Positions 17,830 through 27,835 of a DNA stretch of 64,000 nucleotides are shown here, in pieces. The stretch's first letter is position 1. Each line of letters opens with the position of its first letter. The position numbers were made by a program, and so were the translations under genes. The notes under the pieces are model-generated. The model was given only the letters and a program-made list of their open reading frames with translations. It did not search any database and was not told the DNA's origin. Origin of the DNA: Deltaproteobacteria bacterium UBA4427 (lineage in GTDB: Bacteria; Myxococcota_A; UBA9160; UBA4427); NCBI GenBank assembly GCA_002390675.1, contig DGPZ01000195.1:67095-131094 (forward strand). The letters are read 5' to 3'.

Positions 17830-18258
17830 CTACTCGCCTTTGGTTACAGCGTCGAAGGAAACGCTTTCGCCGTTCGCGAAATTAAGGGTGATCGGAACGA
17901 CGTCGCCTGCGGCGAGTTTCTCCGCGGACATCATTCGGAGGAAGAGCCCACGAGGTGCAAAGGCGACGGCGCCACCAGGCGGAATCGCCATGCCGTCGGG
18001 CATGGCCTCCGAGCCCCATTGTCCTTCGACGATCGCTGTCCGCCGGATTGAAACGGATTCAGAACGGGGGCTGCTCGCGCCGACGATCGTTCTTGTCTCT
18101 TTGCTTTTGCTTTGAATGACGAAAAAGACCGTCGGGTCTTCTCCGCCGATAGGCATGCTGACGCGACCGTTCGCTATGCGAAGATCATCAGCCGTTGCGA
18201 TAGATGCGAGGGCCGGGAAAGAAATGACGATCAGGAGAATGATCATTCGCAGGGACAT
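17830..18258 (-). CDS. PCu(A)C-like (DUF461) periplasmic protein, degenerate metal site
   Basis: Signal peptide plus PCuAC-like layout (GASSPRSESVSIRR...MPDGMAIPPGGAVAFAPRGLFLRMM...GDVVPITLNF). The protein contains no His at all. Confidence 0.55.
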   Translation of the reverse strand: MSLRMIILLIVISFPALASIATADDLRIANGRVSMPIGGEDPTVFFVIQSKSKETRTIVGASSPRSESVSIRRTAIVEGQWGSEAMPDGMAIPPGGAVAFAPRGLFLRMMSAEKLAAGDVVPITLNFANGESVSFDAVTKGE

Positions 18259-18380
18259 TCAAGGTACCTCGGGTTTGGCGAAGGCAGGTGACAGCGGATT
18301 TGATGTTCGTTCGTGATGGAACGGTTCAACGAAGCTAACGATTCAGCACAGGATGATCGGGGATAGATTGGTGACGGGCG

Positions 18381-20048
18381 TTAAAGCGTAGGCGATTCGT
18401 CTTTCGCGGGAATCAGGCGAAGAATCTGACTTCCTGAACGATGCTCGAGGAGCACGATCAGTTCCCCATTCGAGCCGACCTCTACGTCACGGAACCGGCC
18501 GAGCGCCTTGATCAGAGTCTCACGTTCGATTTCTCCTGTGGCATCGACGTCGTATCGCCATAACTCATTCTTGGCGAGGGTTGCGACGATCATATGATCT
18601 CGCCAAGCGGGGAAGGCATCGCCGCGATAGAAGACGATACTTGAGACGCCTGGGGAAGGCGTCCAATCGATGGTTGTCGGAGTGAGTTCCTCGGGATCGA
18701 ACTCGATGCCGTATTTCTTTGCATACGGAACGGGACGACCATCGTAGTCGACACCAAGACTCATTAGCGGCCACCCGTAGTTCAGCCCGGGCAGCAGTAG
18801 ATTTGCTTCGTCGCCGCCGCGTGGTCCGTGTTCGCTCGCCCAGAGCTGGCCGCTTGAGGGGTCGAAGTCGAGGCCCTGAGCGTTGCGATGTCCGAGAGTC
18901 CAGATCCCCGGCAGTGCATTTTCGACACTGACGAATGGGTTGTCCGCCGGAATGCGTCCGTCATCGTGCATGCGAATTGTCTTGCCATCGGGCCGACTTA
19001 GGTCTTGAACAAAGCGGTACTCGGCAAAGGAGCCGATGGTCATGTAGACGTATCCCGCGTCGTCGAAAGCGATGCGCGCGGAGGCGCCATTTTCGGCTCC
19101 GACTAAGTAGGTTTCCTTAGGCGCTTCCCAAATTGTTTCCTCGTCGACCCAGGTGGTCCCCTCATCAAGTCGGCCCCGTACGAGCTTCAACATGGTGACC
19201 GGAGAGGCTGTTGCGCGGCTCTCGGAGTTGCAGTTGCTGCATCGGTCTCCGAAGGAGAGATAGATCCAGCCGTTCTCTTCGTAGTTCGGATGTAAGGCGA
19301 CTTCGTGCGCCCACCCCGATCCCGTATAGGCCGTGCCGCGCAGCACGCTGTCATCCCAGAATCGAGGCGTTCCCGTGATGAGTGTGGCCGCGCTCCCATC
19401 TGCTTCGACCAAAGATACGCCGCGCATCTTTTCGGTGACGAGGAATCGTCCGTCGGGAAGGGGTGCGACCGAATAGGGTTCGACGAGGCCTGTGTAGACC
19501 GGCTCGATCAAGAACGCGTGATGCTTGGTCTCAATCGGCCCGGTGGGAATCGTCGGGGGATCGCCGACGCCTTGCCCGTCGGCGCCCCGGTCGCCTTCGC
19601 GCTTTTCGAGGAGATAGATGACGAGGCCCCGGATTTCGTGATCCGGGAGGGTGCCTTTCCAGCCTGGCATCCCCTTATCGCGGACTCCTCGTTCAAGGAT
19701 GCTGATGAGATCATCGACGCCTTCTCCATGTTCGAGCGGACGGCCGACGAGCGCCGGACCGAGCGAGGAGCCTTCCTGATTTGCGCCGTGGCAGACCCCG
19801 CATTGCGCCTTGTAGATGCCGCCCATTTCATCGGGAAGGACCCATGCGTCTCGACCGGGATCCCCTTCGTCTTCGTTAGTCGCTCCGCCGAACGTGCCCG
19901 CATGGCAAGCCAGCGTAAGAAGCGCGCAGAGGGCCAGAGCGGCGAGGAGGAAGTGTCGCGAGGGGAGGGCGCGAAACGCTCTTGAATAGGAGGTGAGCGC
20001 AGAATTGGATTCGTGGCGGGTGGGCTTGCGGGATATCATGCGGTCCAA
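18381..20048 (-). CDS. PQQ-dependent sugar dehydrogenase (soluble glucose/sorbosone dehydrogenase-like) with N-terminal cytochrome c domain
   Basis: Heme motif CGVCHG, and beta-propeller signature GHRNAQGLDFDPSSGQLWASEHGPRGGDEANLLLPGLNYGWP. Signal peptide present. Confidence 0.85.
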   Translation of the reverse strand: MDRMISRKPTRHESNSALTSYSRAFRALPSRHFLLAALALCALLTLACHAGTFGGATNEDEGDPGRDAWVLPDEMGGIYKAQCGVCHGANQEGSSLGPALVGRPLEHGEGVDDLISILERGVRDKGMPGWKGTLPDHEIRGLVIYLLEKREGDRGADGQGVGDPPTIPTGPIETKHHAFLIEPVYTGLVEPYSVAPLPDGRFLVTEKMRGVSLVEADGSAATLITGTPRFWDDSVLRGTAYTGSGWAHEVALHPNYEENGWIYLSFGDRCSNCNSESRATASPVTMLKLVRGRLDEGTTWVDEETIWEAPKETYLVGAENGASARIAFDDAGYVYMTIGSFAEYRFVQDLSRPDGKTIRMHDDGRIPADNPFVSVENALPGIWTLGHRNAQGLDFDPSSGQLWASEHGPRGGDEANLLLPGLNYGWPLMSLGVDYDGRPVPYAKKYGIEFDPEELTPTTIDWTPSPGVSSIVFYRGDAFPAWRDHMIVATLAKNELWRYDVDATGEIERETLIKALGRFRDVEVGSNGELIVLLEHRSGSQILRLIPAKDESPTL

Positions 20049-20377
20049 TCTCCGATGTGTTCAAAAAGGAGTGTGATCGGGAGAGGGGAAAGCTCAAGGG
20101 TGTCGCTATGAGTCCGCTCGCCGGAGGTCTGGTTGATTCGATCTCGCATGGCTTCGAGGTCATCGCATTCAATTTGATAGATGGCGAGGAATCGGCGTCC
20201 ATCGATCGAATCGAGTCCCGGAATCAGAGTGTGGGGCGAAGCATCCCAGCGAGAGGCAGACACAATGCCTTCGAGGGAAAGGAGCTCCTGAACGTGCTGC
20301 GCGTACCAAGCGTTGAATTCGTCTACGCGTGCTTCATCCGTCGCATTCGCGGCGACTAACATTATGGCTCGAGGCAT
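20036..20377 (-). CDS. small dimeric alpha/beta-barrel-like (EthD/DUF4286-like) protein
   Basis: 113 aa. Contains DEFNAWYAQHV. Overlaps the dehydrogenase start by 13 nt, suggesting an operon. Family call is tentative. Confidence 0.5.
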   Translation of the reverse strand: MPRAIMLVAANATDEARVDEFNAWYAQHVQELLSLEGIVSASRWDASPHTLIPGLDSIDGRRFLAIYQIECDDLEAMRDRINQTSGERTHSDTLELSPLPITLLFEHIGDWTA

Positions 20378-20390
20378 CGAGACTCCTTTT

Positions 20391-21197
20391 TTAGTTGGGC
20401 CTGAGGGTCGGGTCGCCGGGAATGGGGCCTTTGATCTTCATGCCGGCGGTGATTCCACCATCCAAATTGAAGTCGGCACCGGTGTAGAAGGCGCTGTCGT
20501 CCGACGCGAGAAATGAAATGGTCGCGGCGACATCTTCCACCCGGCCACGACGACCGATGGGCGGGGGATCGTGCTTGTCTTGTGCGGCGCGCATCGCGGC
20601 GATGTCGATCCCTGGCAAGAGGGGTTCGACCATCTCGTTGCTCCCGGCGGCGGGATTCACGCAGTTGACGCGAATGCCGTACCGGCCAAGCTCGAGAGCA
20701 GCCACTTTCGTGAGTCCTCGGACCGCGAATTTACTTGCGCAGTAGGCCGACGTTCCGCCCGCGGCATGATGTGCGTCGATAGAAGCGATATTGATGATAG
20801 ACCCGCCGCCCGCTTCCCTAAGTGGCGCGATGGCGGACCGAATGCCGAGAAAGGTGCCTAGTTCGTTCACACGCGAGACGCGCAGATAGTCCTCGACGGA
20901 TGTGTGCTCGATTGGGGCGATATGAAGGATGGCTGCGTTGTTTACGAGGGTCGTAAGCGGACCGAAAGTAGACCTCGCTACGTCGATCGCGCTTATCCAA
21001 TCGACTTCGCTAGTGATGTCGCAGCGGACATAACGGGCGCGCTCGCCGAGATCCTTCGCAACGGCCTCGCCGAGCTCATCGAGGATATCCACTAGGATCA
21101 CAGAGGATCCGTCTTCGACGAGTCGCCGCGCAATCGCTTCGCCGGTGCCGCGGGATGCACCCGTGACGATGGCAACATTTCCCGATAGTCGAGTCAT
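20391..21197 (-). CDS. SDR-family oxidoreductase
   Basis: TGASRGTGEA (TGxxxGxG), NNAA, and YCASKFAVRGLTK (YxxxK). Confidence 0.9.
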   Translation of the reverse strand: MTRLSGNVAIVTGASRGTGEAIARRLVEDGSSVILVDILDELGEAVAKDLGERARYVRCDITSEVDWISAIDVARSTFGPLTTLVNNAAILHIAPIEHTSVEDYLRVSRVNELGTFLGIRSAIAPLREAGGGSIINIASIDAHHAAGGTSAYCASKFAVRGLTKVAALELGRYGIRVNCVNPAAGSNEMVEPLLPGIDIAAMRAAQDKHDPPPIGRRGRVEDVAATISFLASDDSAFYTGADFNLDGGITAGMKIKGPIPGDPTLRPN

Positions 21198-21382
21198 CGA
21201 TCACTCCTAGCGAGTCCCTTTGGAGGGCGCTCTTTGACTTTTCCTATCCGAGCATGACGCAATCGAAAGCTTCCCGCTTGGCCTGCATTTATCGGCTTCT
21301 GATACGGCGCGGCGCGCGAGGTGGGGCGGTTTTGGTGATGCGTTATGGTTGCGATCTAGATTCTGGGGGGATCGTTTTACGC

Positions 21383-22540
21383 ATGCAGGTTTTGAACCCA
21401 TTCCGCGCGCGAACAGCTCGAAACGGTTCGCCGTCACGCGGCCTCGCTGCGGCCATGCTCGTTTTCCTGTTGAGCATCAGCCTCGGCTGCTGGGGCCGAC
21501 TAGGACCCTCCACGGTTTCTTTGACGCGCACGGACTACAACGTGGCGGCGCAGGAGACGAGTGCACAGGAGCTGCTTCTGAACTTGGTTCGCCTTCGGTA
21601 TCGCGATACGCCGTACTTCCTTCAGATCGCTTCGCTCTCGACCAACATGCGGTGGCGCACCGGCATCGGCGGCGAAGGCAGCTTCCTCACGCGAGGAGCG
21701 GATTTTGGAGGCGTTAGTGCGGGCCTCAGTATCGAAGAGTCGCCGACGGTCACGTATACGCCGCTCGTGGGCGATCGCTTTGTGAGTCAGCTCCTCGAGC
21801 CCGTCGAGCCTGAAATCCTGGTTCTGCTTTCTCACGCAGGCTGGTCGATGGACCGTTTTCTGCGTCTCTTTGTGCAAGAGGTGGGAGGGGTTCCCAACGC
21901 GCCGACCGCTTCGGGGCCGACGCCGCGCGAAGAACCTGTATTCGAAGATTTCCAACGCGTGGCCGAGCTCTTTCGGACCCTGCAATCGGAGCGTCAGGTT
22001 TCCCTTGTGCGCGGCTCTCTACGTGGGCGATCCGCGACGACCGTCGTCCATTCTGCCGACGGAGTTCTGTTGCGCTTCACACAGGATGCTCTCGAAACCG
22101 AGGCATACCGCGAGCTGCGTGAGCGACTGGGACTGGAGCAAGGCCGACTGCTCTTCCAGCTCGTAACAGGAATCGGAGCGCGAGCTCCGGAGCGGATCAA
22201 TGTTGTTTTGCGCTCGGTGTTGTCCGCCATGTTCTACGCGTCGCACGGGATCTCGGTCCCCGAGGAAGACCTTGCAGCGGGCCGCGTGACCACGACCATC
22301 GCCAAGGACGGCGGCGTGTTCGATTGGAGTGAGGTCACGGGGTCGCTTCTCCGCGTGACTTCCAACGAGCTTGAATTCCCGGCCTACGCGAAGGTGGTGT
22401 ACCGCGGCCACGTGTTTTCGATCGACGATGGCGACCTCAATTCAAAGTCGACGTTTTCGATGTTAAACCTGGTGCTGGCTCTTCAAGCCGGGGAGCTTCC
22501 GGCGGGTGGGCCGATCTTAACCCTGCCCGTGTCTCAATGA
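21383..22540 (+). CDS. hypothetical lipoprotein
   Basis: Signal/lipobox AAMLVFLLSISLGC after ATG 21383 (the track start 21254 is probably too early). No recognisable domain. Confidence 0.6.
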   Translation: MQVLNPFRARTARNGSPSRGLAAAMLVFLLSISLGCWGRLGPSTVSLTRTDYNVAAQETSAQELLLNLVRLRYRDTPYFLQIASLSTNMRWRTGIGGEGSFLTRGADFGGVSAGLSIEESPTVTYTPLVGDRFVSQLLEPVEPEILVLLSHAGWSMDRFLRLFVQEVGGVPNAPTASGPTPREEPVFEDFQRVAELFRTLQSERQVSLVRGSLRGRSATTVVHSADGVLLRFTQDALETEAYRELRERLGLEQGRLLFQLVTGIGARAPERINVVLRSVLSAMFYASHGISVPEEDLAAGRVTTTIAKDGGVFDWSEVTGSLLRVTSNELEFPAYAKVVYRGHVFSIDDGDLNSKSTFSMLNLVLALQAGELPAGGPILTLPVSQ

Positions 22541-22637
22541 AGTAGGCTTGTGGCTGACACCGCGCCTCGCTGGCGAATGGCATAGCGCAAGGCGTATCTT
22601 CGCGGATTGCTGAATTCGGCGGGTAGGAACCAGAACG

Positions 22638-24383
22638 TTAGTTCGGGACGCGAATGCGTTCGACGAGATTTCGCACCTCTTGTGAGGGCGGCGGTGTGAG
22701 TGCGCTCACGCCGAGAGCGACCACGAAGTTGAGCCCTGCGCCAACCGTTCCGATTCCTTCGGGCGAAATGCCGAAGAGCCAGTTGTCCGCGACGTTGGCG
22801 GCCATGCTTTCGAAGAATATGCCCTTGAACCAGACTATGTAGCCGAGGGTGAAGAGCAGGCCGGTCAGCATGCCGGCGATCGCGCCGTATTTGTTGACGC
22901 GCAGCGAGAAAATTCCGAGTAGCGTGACCGGGAAGAGGGAAGCCGCGGCCAGTCCGAAAGCCAATGCGACGACTTCCGCGACGAAGCCGGGTGGGTTGTA
23001 GCCAAGGTACCCGGCGCAAAGGATGGCGAAGGCTGCACTCATGCGACCCGCCATGAGCTCGTTCTTCTCGCTGATTTCGCGAGCGAAGATGCCTTTGAGA
23101 AGGTCGTGAGAGACGGCGGCGGAGATGACCAAGAGAAGTCCCGCTGCGGTCGACAATGCAGCTGCGATGCCGCCGGCAGCCACGAGTGCAATTACCCAAT
23201 TCGGGAGTCCGGCAATCTCCGGATTAGCGAGCACAATGATGTCGCGGTCGACGGAGAGTTCGTTGCCCGCCCATCCGTATTCGTCGGCAGTTTTTGTGAA
23301 CGCCGAATTGGCATCGTTGTAGTACTGGATTCGCCCGTCGCCGTTCTTGTCCTCGAACTGCAACAGACCCGTGTCTTCCCAGGTTCGAAACCAGTCCGGT
23401 CGTTCGCCGTAGGCGAGATTACCTTCGGCGGATCCGACTGGACCGGGTTGAATTGTGTTCGTTAGGTTGAGCCTTGCGAGCGCGCCGACCGCGGGAGCAG
23501 TTGTGTAGAGCAGCGCGATAAAGAGCAGCGCCCATCCCGCGGACATCCGCGCGTCGCGAACTTTCGGAACGGTAAAGAAGCGGACGATCACATGCGGGAG
23601 CCCTGCGGTTCCGATCATCAAGGCCATCGTAATAAAGAAGATGTCGATACGACTCTTTGTGCCTGCAGTGTAGGGAGAAAAGCCGAGTGCAGTCACAACC
23701 TGGTCGAGACGCATTAGGAGCGGAATGCCGTCCGTTCCTTCGACTGTGCTCGCCATGGCGAGTTGAGGAATGGGAACGCCTGTAACCTGTAAGGAGATGA
23801 ACACCGCAGGGACCGTATAAGCGAAGATAAGTACGCAGTATTGCGCGACCTGTGTGTACGTGATGCCTTTCATGCCGCCTAATACTGCATAGACGAAGAC
23901 GATCGCCATGCCTATTACCAGGCCGGTCGTAATATCAACGTTCAGGAACCTAGAAAAGACGATGCCTACACCACGCATCTGTCCTGCGACATAGGTAAAG
24001 GAGATGAGAATTAGGCAGACCACTGCCACTATGCGGGCGGCCTGCGACTCATACCGGTCGCCAATGAACTCGGGGACCGTGAATTTCCCAAACTTTCGAA
24101 GGTAGGGTGCAAGGAGCAGAGCAAGTAGGACGTAGCCGCCGGTCCAGCCCATCAGGTAGACGGATCCGTCGTACCCAAGGAACGCAATCAAGCCCGCCAT
24201 CGAGATAAACGAGGCAGCGGACATCCAATCTGCGGCAGTAGCTAGGCCGTTCGCGATAGGATGAACGCCTCCGCCGGCGACATAGAACTCGCCCGTGCTG
24301 CTGGCGCGAGTGGCGACTGCGATTCCGATGTAGAGGGCGAAGGAGGCGCCGACGACGATGTAGGTGAGCGTCTGAAGTTCCAC
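22638..24383 (-). CDS. sodium:solute symporter family transporter (cation/acetate symporter-like)
   Basis: 581 aa with about 13-14 TM helices and SSF-type glycine-rich helices. Immediately downstream of its DUF4212 small subunit. Confidence 0.85.
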   Translation of the reverse strand: MELQTLTYIVVGASFALYIGIAVATRASSTGEFYVAGGGVHPIANGLATAADWMSAASFISMAGLIAFLGYDGSVYLMGWTGGYVLLALLLAPYLRKFGKFTVPEFIGDRYESQAARIVAVVCLILISFTYVAGQMRGVGIVFSRFLNVDITTGLVIGMAIVFVYAVLGGMKGITYTQVAQYCVLIFAYTVPAVFISLQVTGVPIPQLAMASTVEGTDGIPLLMRLDQVVTALGFSPYTAGTKSRIDIFFITMALMIGTAGLPHVIVRFFTVPKVRDARMSAGWALLFIALLYTTAPAVGALARLNLTNTIQPGPVGSAEGNLAYGERPDWFRTWEDTGLLQFEDKNGDGRIQYYNDANSAFTKTADEYGWAGNELSVDRDIIVLANPEIAGLPNWVIALVAAGGIAAALSTAAGLLLVISAAVSHDLLKGIFAREISEKNELMAGRMSAAFAILCAGYLGYNPPGFVAEVVALAFGLAAASLFPVTLLGIFSLRVNKYGAIAGMLTGLLFTLGYIVWFKGIFFESMAANVADNWLFGISPEGIGTVGAGLNFVVALGVSALTPPPSQEVRNLVERIRVPN

Positions 24384-24387
24384 GTAT

Positions 24388-24648
24388 TTACTCCCGCGCC
24401 TGTTCTTCGTTCACGCCGTGTTTACGGTCGAGTGCGGCCATACGGCGGGCATAGAAGAAGATCAGCGCGACAAATACGTAGATCGAGCCTTGTTGTGCGA
24501 AGAAAAAACCGAGCTGAAATCCACCGATCTGGATTTGGTTCAGCCAATCGAGGCCTATGATTCCGAAGCCGAAGGAGACGAGAAACCAGATCGCCAAACA
24601 AAAAGCGACGAGACGCAAATTGTCCTGCCAGTATGTGCGTTTGGACAT
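24388..24648 (-). CDS. DUF4212 small membrane protein (putative solute symporter small subunit)
   Basis: 86 aa with 2 TM helices. FWQDNLRLV...GFQLGFFFAQQGSIYVFVALIFFY is typical of DUF4212. There is a 4-nt gap to the symporter gene. Confidence 0.8.
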   Translation of the reverse strand: MSKRTYWQDNLRLVAFCLAIWFLVSFGFGIIGLDWLNQIQIGGFQLGFFFAQQGSIYVFVALIFFYARRMAALDRKHGVNEEQARE

Positions 24649-24793
24649 TGGCGAGTGCTCTCCTGATGAGGATTTCGGGAGGGAGTCCAGCGGATTACAG
24701 GCACGGAAGCAACCCTCGTGGCGTCTGCGGATTGGATTCGAAGGACTACACTCGAGTCTCCCTCGCTTCGAGAAATATACGGAGATTCGATCG

Positions 24794-25990
24794 ATGTCTG
24801 AGCTGCTCTCGTTTAATCCTTTCGCCTACGAGATGCATGAGGATCCCTATCCGACCTACGCGCGACTTCGCGAAGAAGCACCCTGCTACCACAATAAAGA
24901 GATGGGCTTCTGGGCTCTGTCGCGTTTCGACGACGTTCTTGAGGGGTACCGAGATTGGGAGAACTTCACTTCGACTCGCGGAATCGCTTTGGAGGAGGTT
25001 GGGCGCGGGAGCGCGCCGTCTATGATCGGGATGGATCCGCCGCGGCAAACGAAACTCCGCAAGCTCATCGTTAGTGCCTTCAATCCGAAGCGTGTCGGGG
25101 CACTTGAGCCGAGAGTGCGCGCGCTCACGACTGGCTTCCTTGACCAACTAGTCGAGGAAGGTGAATGCGATTTAATCGAGCGGTTCGCGGCACTCCTTCC
25201 CTCGGATGTGATTTCAACTTTGCTAGGCGTGCCGCAGGAAGATCACAGTTCACTTCGAATTTGGACCGAGACCATGATGCACCGCGAAGACGGCGTGTCG
25301 GCGATTCCGCCTGCCGCGAACGAAGCCTCGGGGAATCTTCTCCGCTACTTCGCAGGCCTTATCAAGGCGAAGCGAAAGCAACCGGCGGAGGATCTGGTCT
25401 CAGCACTCACCGGAGCGGAACTCGACGGGCGACGACTCGAGGACAGCGAGATCCTGGGCTTTTGTTTCCTGTTGATCTCCGGCGGGAACGAGACAACTGA
25501 AAAGCTGATTGCGAACACCATTCACCAGCTGTCGAGACATCCCGATCAGCGCTCGGAGATCATCTCGGACCCAAGCAAGATTCCCGGGGCGATCGAAGAG
25601 TCCCTTCGTTTTCGGAGCCCGACGCAATATATGGTTCGCGCAACGACCCGTGACGTCGAGCGGCACGGTTTGACGATTCCAGAAGGAGATCGCGTCTTAC
25701 TTTCAATTGGCGCTGCGAATCATGATCCCAGGCGTTTCGAGGACCCAGGCCGCTTCGATATCAATCGTGTGATGAGTCAGCACCTAGCCTTCGGTTTCGG
25801 CGTTCACTTTTGTTTGGGTGCTCGTCTCGCGCGGTTGGAAGCACGGGTCGCGATGGAAGAGATTCACAAGCGACTTCCGGACTACGAAGTTGATGAGTCA
25901 GGCGTGAGTGTTGTGCACGCGGGGAATGTCGCCGGGCTCGCCACGCTGCCTATCCGGTTCACCCCGAGCGGCCCGGTTGGCGAAGGTTGA
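24794..25990 (+). CDS. cytochrome P450
   Basis: Heme loop FGFGVHFCLGARLARLE, I-helix LLISGGNETT, and ExxR (EESLRF). The start was trimmed from 24557 to ATG 24794 (MSELLSFNPF). Confidence 0.9.
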   Translation: MSELLSFNPFAYEMHEDPYPTYARLREEAPCYHNKEMGFWALSRFDDVLEGYRDWENFTSTRGIALEEVGRGSAPSMIGMDPPRQTKLRKLIVSAFNPKRVGALEPRVRALTTGFLDQLVEEGECDLIERFAALLPSDVISTLLGVPQEDHSSLRIWTETMMHREDGVSAIPPAANEASGNLLRYFAGLIKAKRKQPAEDLVSALTGAELDGRRLEDSEILGFCFLLISGGNETTEKLIANTIHQLSRHPDQRSEIISDPSKIPGAIEESLRFRSPTQYMVRATTRDVERHGLTIPEGDRVLLSIGAANHDPRRFEDPGRFDINRVMSQHLAFGFGVHFCLGARLARLEARVAMEEIHKRLPDYEVDESGVSVVHAGNVAGLATLPIRFTPSGPVGEG

Positions 25991-26922
25991 GAAGTTTCGC
26001 GACTAACTCGATCTCTCCGGTCATGCACATGCTGCTTTCGCTGCGAGGGGATCCCGCTTTATAGACGAGCGCTGTCTCGACGATGTGGGTAGATGGGGAA
26101 GTCGCCATCGTGATGCCCAAACCCGACGCGATGATCGCTTTCAAACTCGCTCGTGGGCGTGCAGGTTCGCTCATGGCAATTCCACTCGGTGACTTGCTCG
26201 CCCATTTATTGCGGCGGATTCCGCTGAGGCAATGGAGGGGCCGGCTAAGCAGGCAAGGAGGAGGCCGAGCAACCGAAAAGAATGCAGGCGGATGATTGGA
26301 CTGCGACATACCCTCCTTTCGCTTTTCGTCGGCGATTTCGGACACGCGGTTCGAGTATCATTATTCCCTCCGGGGCTCCGCCGCAGGCTCCCTCGACTTC
26401 TAAACTATGGCGTCCTGACTACGTTTTTGAAGCCTTCTCATCCCGAGCGATTTGCCCCGGGGGATTCCGGTTCTTAAATTTATAAGCAAACAGCCGATAA
26501 TTTTCCCCCACGGACCGGGCTGTTCGTAGTAGGGTGATTGTGATCTGGGAAGGTCGCGCGCCGGGGCAGCAGCTTCGAGCGCACGGGAGGATATCGGCAA
26601 GGCAGGGCTCGTTCGAGCCAAATCATCCAAATCAAGTTTGAGAATCGCGGAGCGTTGGGAAGCGCTCTAGTCGCTGCAGTATTTCAGATTCGCAGCTGAG
26701 TCTGAATCGGTGCCAGCAAACACGAATTTCGAACACGGACTGCAAGATGCCTTGTGCATAGTTCGTTCTTGGATTGACGCCTTTTCCCTCTACCAGATCA
26801 GACAGTTGGCACGAATCGAGTGGACCACAAGTAGTGGTGACTCGGGAGTGCTGCGCCTCGCAATAGCGGTGGCGACGCTCGGCATTTTCGCTGTGGCACT
26901 ACTGAAGTAGAGGTAGATTAAA

Positions 26923-27630
26923 ATGATTCGATTCACCAAGGCCCTCGCGCTGGCCGCGACCCTCTTGGCCATACCGTCAATGGCATCCGCCCTAGGGATT
27001 GAACTGGTCGGCACAAATGGAAGTGGCGGTAGTGCTACTCTGGCCCCCGGCGGTACGATCACGTTCGACCTTCGCATGACCTTCACCGGAACGGAGCCCC
27101 AGATCTTCGGCCTCTCCGCCGACGTTACGGGTATGGACTTGGCGGACGCGACCGGCGTGCGCGACTTTGGCCTTCAACTTGCGGGCGGTACTTCCGTCAG
27201 TGAATCTCTTGGAACCGACCCGGCACCCGGAATTGTCCCCGTGCAAGGGGCGATCCAAAACAACAATGGTACGTCTCCAGTTGAACGATACAGCATTAAC
27301 CATCTCAGTCCGCAGGCCTATACAGTCAACATGTTCGACGGCATAACGGCCAGCGGCGCGGATGGCGACGGCTCCACCGACTACGGTATCGGTGGGACCT
27401 ACGTAACGGGTGGCGACATCCACTTTCAGGTCACGCTCCAAAACGTAGGTAACGGCTCCGCCGCTTCATCCCTCGCGAACCTGCAGTTCTCGCTTCTCGC
27501 TTTGGACTTCCAGGGCGGCACGATCGCCGCAACTGGTGACACCTTCGCGCTGACGGTCATCCCGGAGCCGGGCACCGCCCTGCTCATGGGTCTCGGTCTC
27601 GCTGGCCTGGCCACGGTTCGCCGACGCTAG
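26923..27630 (+). CDS. PEP-CTERM sorting-domain secreted protein
   Basis: N-terminal signal peptide. C terminus VIPEPGTALLMGLGLAGLATVRRR is a PEP motif plus TM plus basic tail. Confidence 0.85.
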   Translation: MIRFTKALALAATLLAIPSMASALGIELVGTNGSGGSATLAPGGTITFDLRMTFTGTEPQIFGLSADVTGMDLADATGVRDFGLQLAGGTSVSESLGTDPAPGIVPVQGAIQNNNGTSPVERYSINHLSPQAYTVNMFDGITASGADGDGSTDYGIGGTYVTGGDIHFQVTLQNVGNGSAASSLANLQFSLLALDFQGGTIAATGDTFALTVIPEPGTALLMGLGLAGLATVRRR

Positions 27631-27712
27631 ACCTGACTGGCACGGCAGACGGGCACGGGATCCATTTCGGCTTCTGTAACTGTAATAGAGCCCGAGCCCG
27701 TCAAAAAACGAA

Positions 27713-27742
27713 GGGCCGCTTTCTCGCAAGAGAAAGCGGCCC
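27713..27742. terminator. bidirectional intrinsic terminator hairpin
   Basis: GGGCCGCTTTCTC-GCAA-GAGAAAGCGGCCC forms a 13-bp perfect stem. It is followed by TTTCGCGTTT on the + strand and TTCGTTTTTT on the - strand. It lies between the convergent PEP-CTERM and UGSC genes. Confidence 0.75.
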
Positions 27743-27835
27743 TTTCGCGTTTGGGGCTTCGGGCAGTCCGGGGCGCTGCCACGGGAGTTCCGGGGCTGCT
27801 CAGGAATTTTGGTTTTGGGCGGGGGCGAGGGCGAA

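Noticed and set aside
22534-23199. 221-aa minus-strand ORF
   Set aside because: It is an alternative frame inside the sodium:solute symporter gene and is extremely Arg-rich. The symporter frame has TM-helix periodicity.
25959-26345. 128-aa minus-strand ORF with an internal AAAGGAGGG-T-ATG
   Set aside because: The SD-to-ATG spacing is only 1-2 nt. The protein is Pro/Ser/Arg-rich with no motif, and it overlaps the P450 3' end. It is treated as non-coding or a decayed remnant (see the finding on 25991..26922).
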